From Atractiella rhizophila (lineage: Eukaryota), in assembly GCA_021432655.1 (NCBI GenBank), contig MU271549.1:1-45785 (forward strand): a stretch of DNA of 45,785 bases, written 5' to 3'. Shown one piece after another: positions 36,590-45,785 of the stretch. The notes below the pieces were generated by a model, which did no database searches, had not been told where the DNA came from, and saw only the letters and a list, made by a program, of their open reading frames with translations. The translations under genes and the position numbers were made by a program. Numbering within the stretch: position 1 is the stretch's first letter; every line of letters starts with the position of its first letter.

Positions 36590-39136
36590 AATCGGGACGA
36601 ACTGCAAGAGGGTGTGCAGTGTGATAGTCTTTTATAGCATCCTGCGAATTTTCTAGATCTGCGATGTTGATCTACTCGTCCTCAGATGGTGAATACCCTT
36701 TGTATCGAACGCAATATTTAAAAACTCTATTTCAGGTACCGAACCATTTTCCATCGACAATTTTTTCCACTTCCCATTCTTCAATTCCATTCACCAATTC
36801 TGGAGGTGGTTTGGGCAACTGGACTCTGCCCGGGATGTCGTCTTCGTTGACTTTTCGTATTAGGCCCACATGGAACACTGGATGTATCTTCCATGAGGAT
36901 GGCAACTCGAGTTTAAGGTTGAGGGGACCCAAAACTTGCAAAATGTGAAAAGGGCCATGCCATTTGTCGTCCAACTTTTTGACAGGTCTCATCGATTTAA
37001 TGTTTTTCGCGCTCAACCAGACGAAATCGCCGACACCATATTTGGGTGCCAATGTACGTTTTCTGTCATAATGTTTCGCTATGAGATCTGCTGCTTGCTC
37101 GAGTGCCACTTGTGCTTCCCAGTCGGCGATTTGCATCTTTTCAACGCATTGCGCCGCTGCGGGAGCGTCCTCGTCGGAGATGGAGTCAAAGGCCATGTGG
37201 GGATGTTGACCGCAATCGAGCGAAAATGGAGTTACACCCGTCGCCGAACTGACGCGATTGTTGAGCGCAAATTCTGCGTTGGGAAGTCCTTCCACCCAAT
37301 TATCTTGAAGGTGATTGCAAAAAATGTGCAAATATTGCTCAACTTCTTGGTTCATATGTTCAGTCCGGCCATCACTTTGTGGATGATAGGCTGTCGGTGG
37401 TGAGCCTTTGATACCCAATAGGCGAAAAAGTGCAGATGTGAATTTGGACACGAATTCTTTGCCTCAATCGAAAATTGCGACATCAAAAAGTCCATGTAAC
37501 TTCCATACATGATCGCGAAAAAGTCTTGCAAGGCCTTCTGCATCCATCGTCGAATGGGTGGGGATGAGATGGGTGCGTTTTGAGAGTCTGTCAACTATGA
37601 CGAAAATTGTGTCGAACCCCCCAGATTCTGGGAGTGGTCCAACCAAGTCCATGCTGACAATTTGCCAGCAACGTGTGGGAGTGTCATTTGGTTGCAAAAA
37701 CCCGACGGGTGGGGAAGGAAAGTTTTTCGTTCTGTGGCAAGTGTGACAGGCGCTGACATAGCGGCGAACGTAATGTGCCAAACCTGGCCACCAGTAGTAC
37801 CTTTTTACAAGAGCCGTCGTCGATTTTACGCCTGGATGACCGGCGATTTGCGAATCGTGCAGGTCTTGCAAAATCGAGCGGCGAATTTCGCCGTCGCGGG
37901 GAATGTAGAGTTTTCCGCGGAAATAGACAGCGCCATCGACTTCTTGCTACTCCCGTCGGCGAATTGCATTGACTGGTTCGTCTAGGATCTCTCTCAAGGC
38001 TTTGACTACTTGTTCTTCCCGTTCAGGTACCTTTTTCATGCATTCCAGTATACCCAACTCCGACATTTGTCTTGTAAACACAACCGCGCTCCCAGTCGCG
38101 TTGATCATGATACGATCCGTGTTGAAAAAACGTTCTGGGAGTAATACTACATCAAAGTTGTCGCAAGTCGCCGGTTTGTGATCCGGTCGCCGACTGAGCG
38201 CATCTGGTTTTGCGGAGTTCCGCCCAGGACGGTGTAAAAGAGTAAAGTTGAAGGATACAAGTTCAGTGATCCAGCGTGCCTGTCGGCGATTCAACTTCTG
38301 CGGCATTCTGAAATACTCGAGGTTTTTGTGATCGGTCAGGATCAGAAATGGCTCATCAGTACCTTGTAGAAGGTGTCTCCATTCTTGCAGTCCACGCATT
38401 ATCGCGAGCATTTCTTTGTCGTAGGTGTCGTAGTTCTTCTGGGTTGCGTCGAGCGATTTTGACACGAAACCTAGAGGATGAAACTTCCCATCTGGCTTCA
38501 TTTGCGACAAAACGGCGCCTGTCGCGAAATTTGACGCGTCGACTTCGAGCAAAAACCGTCCTATTTGTTCGGGATGCGCCAAAACGGGCGCCGAAGTCAT
38601 GAGTTGTTTTAAAGCGGCGAACGAACGTTGTTGATCTACCCCCCCAGACCCATGAAACCTCCATTTTCGTCAGTTCATATAAAGGTCGTGCAATGTGACT
38701 GAATCTGTCGCAAAAGCGGCGATAGAAATTAGCGAAACCGAGGAACATTTGGACTTCCTTCATGTTTTTTGGTTCCGGCCAATCCATCACTCCTGCAACT
38801 TTCACCGGATCTGGTTCGATCCCTCTGCTGGAAATGATCGAGCCTAGATACTCCACCTCTTCTTGACACCAAATGCATTTCTGCAAATTTACGTAAAGCC
38901 CATTTTCGCACAAAATTTGACAAACTTGTCGAACACGTTCCTAATGTTCTTCTTCAGTCTCTGTCGCAGTGAAGATGTTGTCGATGTATATGAAGATGAA
39001 CGCAGGTCTTGTTCGATTTTTTGAACTGCTTTTCGGTTGTGAGGTGTAGAGTTTGGAACATCCTTTCTAAGTGATGGATGCGTTCTTCGCTCGTCGGCAA
39101 TTCGCGCGTTTCCATATCTCCCCAAACCTCCGACAT
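36590..39136 (-). pseudogene. Gypsy gag stub fused to partial pol (RT C-half, RNase H, integrase, chromodomain)
   Basis: FIYIDN (YxDD), VEYLG, FLGFANFYRRF, LEVDASNFATGAVL, TDHKNL, HDSQIAGHPG..CHTC, VSMDLV, HPQSDG, GPF, EWEVEKIVD; stops and frameshifts. Confidence 0.93.
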
Positions 39137-39164
39137 TTTTTAAGTTTGGTTTTGAAAATGAGAG

Positions 39165-39174
39165 AGAGTATTCT
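39165..39174 (-). promoter_or_regulatory. Self-priming primer-binding site (Tf1-type)
   Basis: AGAATACTCT, 2 nt after the 5' LTR end, is the exact complement of AGAGTATTCT in the LTR (35647-35656 minus strand), which lies downstream of the TATA. Confidence 0.65.
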
Positions 39175-39176
39175 TC

Positions 39177-39682
39177 TGTTAGGGTGTCAGGTTTGCATCT
39201 TACGCAAACCGGCGCCCGTTTGCCGGATTGCGTCTCCTATCACCCATTTGTGTTCCCTGCGAATCGGTGCCGGTTCGACACTGCGTCTCCGTCACCCATT
39301 TGCACCTACATCACCACTTAGCCCAATTGTGCCTATCCTCCTCTTATTAACTCCGTGTAATCCCACTGTCACTTCCCCCTTTTAGTTCTCTTACATGTTT
39401 CATCTGCTCTCCCCTACGCTTTGTGGCAGTGTTATTCCGCTTGTATATATAGATCAGAGAGTAGTAGAGGTGACCTTAGAGTATTCTCTTAGGTTTATCT
39501 CCACTACAGGTTAGTCTTCATGTCATATCATGCCCTTAGGTTTGTCTCCACTACAGACGCATCGCCCATCGGCGACCGTACATAGTGTGGCGACGGGCGC
39601 CGATTCGTAGGGAACGCAAATGGGCGATAGGAGACACAATCCGGCGAACGGGCGCCGATGTGCGTAAGATGCAAACCTGACA
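39177..39682. repeat. Rearranged 5' LTR: 8-bp LTR end + inverted LTR copy (39185-39588) + ~93-bp LTR remnant
   Basis: 39185-39588 is the reverse complement of ~35499-35950 (one subrepeat fewer); 39590-39682 is direct to ~35860-35950. Confidence 0.88.
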
Positions 39683-40267
39683 CAGTCTTCTTGTGAGGCC
39701 GGCGCACATTATTCGATGAGCTCGTGCTAGCACTAGAGCTACGACACATTCAGGTCAAAGGTATAGAAGGCACGGCAAACGTCCCAATGTTCCAGACAGG
39801 TTCCTATTACCAAAACTCTTTCACAATTCAATTAACATTCAAGATGATAGCAATGCACCTGTTCTGGTACCATTACTCTTGGGAAGTGATAGCTCCTTCG
39901 CTTCCTCCTCAAGTCTGATTAACTTTCAGCTCAACTTATATACCCCACCGTTCCTTTCGGCCTGTGTACTTCGCCCTGAAGCAAGATTTCGAATAGTGCA
40001 TCCTGATCAGTTGTGATCAGTGCCAAGGAAGGAGCAGAAGAGGAAGTTGCAAATTGGGCGAAGTTGGAAGCGCTGCATGTGGATTCGGGGGTAGTGTTCG
40101 AGGGGCCGGGGAGACATAGAATCGAGCTGTGCGTTGGATGAGGTTGAGGACCTGTTTGAGGACGTCGATGTTGTTCATTTGAAACAAGGATATTTCATTG
40201 AAATATTCACAGACCTGACACGCGGCGCAGAAAACTGACAGTCCCAAACGGGCAAAGGCTTGGGCCA

Positions 40268-40307
40268 GGGGTTTCTACCTTGAAATTACACCTCTGGCCC
40301 CCCCTTG
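40268..40307 (-). repeat. Right terminal inverted repeat
   Basis: Reverse complement matches 29057-29096; ends in TG and is followed by the TSD GAATGAT. Confidence 0.88.
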
Positions 40308-40454
40308 GAATGATGAGGTTCTTCCCCAGTTATCATGTAAGTCGACATGACAGATGCAATGGGAAGACAGGTCGAAGGTGACTTCAGAGAAGCTGCACCG
40401 TAATTATGTACAATCGCATTATCACTTCAATTCAGGAAATGAACCACTGTCATC

Positions 40455-42245
40455 TCAATCATCATCCCCTCCCTCCTCGAAGGTGAAACGGAAATCGTGT
40501 GCTACAAGCGAAAAATTGTTCCTTGTTGGCATCTTTGCCTCTGTCCCTGCTTCGATTGTGGCCCGCAAATCAGTGCACTCATCTTGAAGAGTCATCAAGT
40601 TCACACTTCGAACTATTTCGTCATGATAGAATGATCGTATGGTGATGTGGATGCCATATTTATTGGTGGTTCGTTCTGCACGCCGTCTCCTCAGAAATCG
40701 AAAAACTTCAACGATCGGAACATGACAGTAATATATTGAAAGCTTAGTCACCAAAGGACAGCTGAAGGATTGGAGAAATTTAGGGGTAAGGATGGCCGAG
40801 AGTTCGTGCAAGCCGTCCAGATTCAATACGCGAAGAATGTCACTGGAGTTGAAGAGCTCATCCAAAGGATTTTCAAAGACGATACCACGCGAACGCCGCA
40901 GCGGACGTAAGGAGAACCTAAAGGTTGTGAGCCACCTTCCGTGATTTTGTAATAATTCCTCAACGTCCTTGGAGTGCAGATCGACAATCCAGTTGTCGTA
41001 TAAAGACAAATGGCCAAGAGGGCGTGGCTTTGGATGAATTTCTTCACTGCCATTGGGTCCATCGATAAAGATCGGCGCCCAACATTTCACGCTCAGCATA
41101 AATGGTAGCATTTGATGGATAATCTCCCTCGAAATAAATGATCCACTGATTGATACGTCCGTAAGGCTTCCTCGAGGTAAAGGCTGAAGGGAAGTGTGCG
41201 GGTTTGGCAACAGGACAAGATCCCAGTTGAAGAGGAACAAGGACTCTAAGCTCCTCAGTGGGTGTTTCAAGAGCTGGCAAAGGTCCGCAGTGGTCCATCG
41301 GTGGCAAGTAGGGTCTTCCGTTTCGCCCACAGACAAGATCAGAAGTAATCGAATGCACATCAAGGCCCCCACCTGTGCGAAAAACCTGTTTCTAAGATCG
41401 GTCGACGGTAATGGGAGCTGGATAAACATTGACTGCAGACGAAAGGTTTCTTTGAGGATAGACACCACAGTATTCCAAGTGGACTCAACGCCACGAGTTC
41501 CCACGTTGAACCTGAATAGGACCAGCTGTCTAATCCACGGCACAGTGATTGACCCCCACGTCTCGAACATGGGAATGAGATTCATGTGATGGTGAGAGTC
41601 GTGGTTCCCGAACTCTCCTGTAAGTTCGCAAATTTTGGTGATACCAACCGAGTTAAATCGCTGGCAAACAAGCCGAAAATCCTGGATTCTTCGAAACTTG
41701 ACCGTTAGTCTCGGATCATCCAACATTTCAGCCAAAAAACAGCTGAGAAGTTCGATAGGCAAATAGAGAAATGGATTCACCACCCAAGGATGAACGAACG
41801 CTAAGTGAAGATTGAAGCTTGTTATAGGGATCTCGGGGAAACCTGTCCATTCTAGAATAGTTGTTTTATCTTTGTCGTCACAGATCAAATCAATCCCGTT
41901 CGTAAATGACAATTCCCCCAAATCCAATAGAAGCTCTTTGTCCAACTGTCTGTGCCCAATCCCAAGACCAATCGTAGACCTGTTTCCTTCAAAAAAGAGA
42001 AACAAACGAATCTCCAGAACAGAGTCTTCTAGTGAGACATCGACGACTGTTTGGTAGTGCGGTCGCCGCTCTGAAAACGAAACGGCCAACTTCTTGGAAA
42101 GGTGAACCTTCTTGCTTCTGGTAAGAAGCTGATTCTTGATGACTGTGCTCGCCACTGCGAAAGCCCTTAGACAAAATGGACTCGCAAAAACGGGCTCATT
42201 CGCCTCCTTGTGTAGTGGTATGAGGGAGATCAGCATGACGAACAC
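40455..42245 (-). CDS. F-box-like / LRR-like hypothetical protein (start uncertain)
   Basis: 596-codon uninterrupted ORF; YLPIELLSCFL...FRLVCQRF F-box-like motif followed by LxxLxL units (LESLFL, LTDVSI, LGHLSL, LRVLNL, VTKLSI). Confidence 0.6.
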   Translation of the reverse strand: MFVMLISLIPLHKEANEPVFASPFCLRAFAVASTVIKNQLLTRSKKVHLSKKLAVSFSERRPHYQTVVDVSLEDSVLEIRLFLFFEGNRSTIGLGIGHRQLDKELLLDLGELSFTNGIDLICDDKDKTTILEWTGFPEIPITSFNLHLAFVHPWVVNPFLYLPIELLSCFLAEMLDDPRLTVKFRRIQDFRLVCQRFNSVGITKICELTGEFGNHDSHHHMNLIPMFETWGSITVPWIRQLVLFRFNVGTRGVESTWNTVVSILKETFRLQSMFIQLPLPSTDLRNRFFAQVGALMCIRLLLILSVGETEDPTCHRWTTADLCQLLKHPLRSLESLFLFNWDLVLLPNPHTSLQPLPRGSLTDVSISGSFISREIIHQMLPFMLSVKCWAPIFIDGPNGSEEIHPKPRPLGHLSLYDNWIVDLHSKDVEELLQNHGRWLTTFRFSLRPLRRSRGIVFENPLDELFNSSDILRVLNLDGLHELSAILTPKFLQSFSCPLVTKLSIYYCHVPIVEVFRFLRRRRAERTTNKYGIHITIRSFYHDEIVRSVNLMTLQDECTDLRATIEAGTEAKMPTRNNFSLVAHDFRFTFEEGGDDD

Positions 42246-45200
42246 TCATCTATCCCAAACTTCAGCATGAGATGAACTAGTCTAGAGCAAAACTAAAGGA
42301 GAGGGAATAATATTTGAAGAATAGCAGGCAAAGATACCTGCAGTTAAGGCCAAGGCACTTACAACCAGCTTCACTTTGCCAAGCCAAGTAGGAAACTACT
42401 ACGTTACGTTGGATAGTTTGGATTCACACGCGGCGGTTCCCTCTTTCGGAAGGTTTCTACACTATGCGAGTGCCTCCCAATCGATCACAGTAATTCCACA
42501 GTCAAGCTTCCAAGTTTTTCATACTTGATTTAGTGCGTTACTTCCATCAATAGAATGATGACTTTACAAGTGTGAGGTGGGAGACCAAACCAAATGAGGA
42601 TGTGGTCTCAACTCGCAGGGCAATTCACTTTTATCAGAGAAGTGTGCTGAATAATGAGAAAGCACAATTAGAAGTGAAAAGAAAACTTGAGCACACACCA
42701 AAGTGAAGATAATAGGAGGCATGAATGCCCCCAGAAAGTAGGAGGCATAAGTGCTGCAGTCACCCCATCAAAGAAGTGATTCCATTCACCTTGAAAATTC
42801 TGTGAACCATAGCACCGCACTTTCTGGAATTCATAAGAGTCAACAAATGCCGCAGTCTCCTCTATCTTCAAGCTTCTCCTTCCGCCACTTCGGACAAAGA
42901 TGGTGTTGAACCCTCCGTTGAATCCGGGACAGTAACGCGAGAGAGAATACCAACTCACAAAGTGGTACTTGTGCTTCTCGCGATGTCGATTGGAACTGTC
43001 GAGCGTTGTTGGCGCATTTAATGAGCAAGAGATACATTCTATGAAAGGTGGCTTAGCTATTCCTCCACAGCTGGGTATTTGTTCTCAACTCGTCTGTTGC
43101 TGTCTAACCATGGAATTTCTTCCACGGCACCAGCTGGTCGATTATTATTGATATCCATCATCGTCTCCAGGACTGTATTCTTAATCCTACCTCTACTCAC
43201 CACTTTGGTGGCATTTAAAATTGCTGCAATTTGGGCTACTGGTCGTTCCTACACAGAGAACCGAAGTGAAAAAGGAAAGAAAACCGACGAGTCCACGGAC
43301 CATTCAAATTCCCTGCCTACCCCTTCACACGTCAGTATTCTTCATTTTCTCTCTAGACTGTTCTCGAAACTAAAGGTCGTCCAGTTCACTCGATCAGTGG
43401 GATATGTTCAGGAGTTGGTTTGAAATCGTTATTGGCGGCACTCTCGACATCTTTCCGATCTTCCTCACACAACCTCCATCACGGTCTTCTTTACATCGCC
43501 CTTCGTGCTATCCTCCCCCTTCTAGTTCTCGCTTATGCGATCTCTGTGGTTGAGGGGATTTAGTTACATGCAGTGACGCTACCGAGGATTCTGCCTGCTG
43601 AAGCGTCTCGCTCCCCTTCGAACAATCTCCAACTTAGTCGTTCCATCGACAGTTTCTGTCAGCAAAGCCCGTAATATACAAAATGCGATGGAGAACAATC
43701 CCTTGCATGTTCATTGACCTATCTGAGAAACTCTTGTGCAGACGTTCAAGGAGCTGTCGATATCCTGTGGGTTCGAACGAGGCTATCTTGACTGCGAATA
43801 ACCTCCCCACGACGAACACCGTTCGACTGATATCCGAGACAGCATCCCAGTCGTCCTTAGGTGCTGATGCGACGCCTTCAAGCGCGACCGCACTTCTCCT
43901 TCCTTATCTTTCCAGCGATACCAGACAATTCTTTCCTACAAAGCAATCACGACTGGGGTCAGGACAACTTGTGAGAATTTGACTCCATACTGTAACATCC
44001 ATGTCGAGCAACTACACGATTCGGCGGAAACTGGGAGCGTTTTGTGCGATTGTCCAGGAATACCTGCACTAACGCAAGGCATCAGTGCAACAAATACTGC
44101 CTTAGGACCTAACGCGGGATGGAATATAACTTGTGAGTCCATCACATTTCCTTCTTAATGCCCAACGTAATCTGTGATTTCAGAATTTGATCCTTCCGCT
44201 ATGGACTCAGTAGTGAGAGAACAAAGCTCTAATGCTTTTTCGGTTGCATTAGCCATGATTTTCAATGCAGACCTTCAAGGCGCCACCAATAACACCACAC
44301 CACAACTGTTAGGCGGCATGGTCCACACACGTGGCCCACGACTCTTTGGATTGCTGTGGCGCCAGGTTGAAGTCCTCGCGCCTGTGACATACCAAAGCAA
44401 CAGAGGCTTTATCGAGGTCCTGGATGCCCAGAGAGCAGGGGAGGGTTCACCGGAGGTCAGGGCAATTAGCGGGTTTTCACAGCAGGTACGGTGTTTTTGA
44501 TTCTTCATGTGTCCCTTGATTGACAGAAACACTTCAGCACGTTTATCCTCAAAAGTGTACACAGATGGCCAAGTGTCTCCCCTTGGTCCCATACAACTTC
44601 TATCGAGGACAGGGATATCAAGCTCGTTCCAGCGACTTATATTCCTTAGTCCGTATTAGGCGTATTTTCGGACTAGTTGGCCTTTTACGGCTTTTGCTAC
44701 TTGGATCTGTTGGGATGTTTGGCGGTCTGCTAGAATATCGGTAACGAAAAATGACCTTGATGAAGGCCAATTGCTGGAGACTGGGGCAGAAAGGCTCTCT
44801 GAAGGTGGGACGTGATATATGATATTCTTGGGTCAAAAGGAAGCGAGGAGGAGGTGACAAAGGTGTCGGCGATGAGGATACGCTTGGGAACAAGGAAAGA
44901 TGGAGGCTACGGTATAGTACCTTGGGACTAGGGATGGACATTTTGGGGATAATGGCGAATGCTAGTATTTTTGGGCATATTTAGTGAGCTCTTCATGATG
45001 AAGCTTGTCAGGATAAGGACGGATGAAGAGAACTGTCAGAAGACAACACGTTATGGATCATGATTGCAGGACTGAATACAAATACAACACTCGGTATACT
45101 TCTGACTGCGTGCTAAGATCCGAACCAAAGACGAAGTAATCGATATCTGGTCGAAAGTCGTATCCGAAAGCATTCAATCCATCTACAGCTGCAGCACGAA

Positions 45201-45329
45201 AGCACGAAATGGGAAGCACCAAAGGTGTAATTAATGAGCAGAGCACAGAAGTGAGGAAGAGAAAGAAGGGAAGAGGAAATTCGAAGGACTAACAATGTCC
45301 TTGGTCGTCAAGTGCGGAGAAGAGGAGGC

Positions 45330-45749
45330 TCACTTGCCTGTCGGAGTATCGTAGAGGCAAATGAGAGGCAGTTGCAGCATCCCAACCTCCAACTTCTGAG
45401 ATGTGACATAGAGCCTTGCGCGGGCCGTCACCACATCCTGCTGTCCATGAACCTGTTTGAGGAGGTTACGCTTGGAAGAAAGTGTGAAGGGAGACATGGG
45501 ATGAGTCTCCAAAATCTTCATCTCCTTCAAGATCTTCTCCCCACTAACTCGGACTCCAGGCTCAGAATACCGTCCCATCATCCGCCCAATCTCCCTCCCC
45601 ACCTTCTCCAGTTCGGTATGTAGCACACGCCACTGCACGACAGCGCAGACGTAGCATACCTCCTTTCCTTCCTGTTCCGACCGGGAAAAGCTCGCCAATC
45701 GACCGAGCAGACGCTGGCAGCGAGAGCAATGGATATGTTGCTCCGACAT
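45330..45749 (-). CDS. Hypothetical protein exon with two CxxC pairs
   Basis: ATG-initiated 139-aa ORF with CSRC and CYVC; possibly spliced to exons near 45058-45250. Confidence 0.3.
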   Translation of the reverse strand: MSEQHIHCSRCQRLLGRLASFSRSEQEGKEVCYVCAVVQWRVLHTELEKVGREIGRMMGRYSEPGVRVSGEKILKEMKILETHPMSPFTLSSKRNLLKQVHGQQDVVTARARLYVTSQKLEVGMLQLPLICLYDTPTGK

Positions 45750-45785
45750 AGGGGACGAATGGAGGATTTCGAGTGGAAGAAGCGG

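Larger units (their letters stand above)
35488..39682 (-). mobile_element. Ty3/Gypsy chromovirus LTR retrotransposon, internally deleted and degenerate
   Basis: TG...CA ends, 5-bp TSD CAGTC (35483-35487 / 39683-39687), and RT-RNaseH-integrase-chromodomain order on the minus strand. Confidence 0.95.
29440..39749 (-). pseudogene. Degenerate intron-containing DDE transposase (P-like), interrupted by LTR insertions and an internal inversion
   Basis: LAKDETALEK..Y..GLYREH (D1), MANDG (D2), FDVKHLWK (DxxH), DKMNVP, QLGTDLL[K]QAFGIIRT (E position), HPEW, DHLNP, and C-terminal Cys/His clusters; many stops and frameshifts. Confidence 0.78.
29057..40307 (-). mobile_element. Cut-and-paste DNA transposon, P-superfamily-like, with nested LTR insertions
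   Basis: Imperfect ~40-bp TIRs (29057-29096 / 40268-40307), 7-bp TSD GAATGAT (29050-29056, 40308-40314), and an internal degenerate DDE transposase. Confidence 0.85.

Noticed and set aside
35488..39588. DIRS-like element with inverted LTRs
   Set aside because: It has a DDE integrase with chromodomain, TG..CA ends and a 5-bp TSD, and no tyrosine recombinase; the inversion is secondary.

Overview
Intron-rich fungal (basidiomycete-like) genomic DNA. The left ~28 kb is gene-dense: a partial hypothetical gene, a UDP-glycosyltransferase, a secreted A1 aspartic protease, an MFS sugar porter, a stand-alone Rib2-type deaminase, a Vtc1-like protein, an AA9 LPMO, a CRAL-TRIO protein, an Ecl1-like protein, UNG1, MHF2 and a second AA9. 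It contains two duplicated blocks that are at least partly assembly or haplotype artefacts: one sits between N-gaps, the other is joined by an A40 run and carries a dead AA9 copy. The main discovery is an 11.25-kb DNA transposon (29057-40307) with ~40-bp TIRs and a 7-bp TSD (GAATGAT). It encodes a decayed, intron-containing P-superfamily-like DDE transposase whose frame rejoins once two solo LTRs and a deleted Gypsy/chromovirus (each with its own 5-bp TSD) are removed and one ~640-bp segment is re-inverted. The Gypsy shows a Tf1-type self-priming PBS and a 5' LTR that is mostly replaced by an inverted LTR copy. The right end holds an F-box/LRR-like ORF and poorly interpretable sequence. All calls come from reading motifs by eye; no database searches were run.
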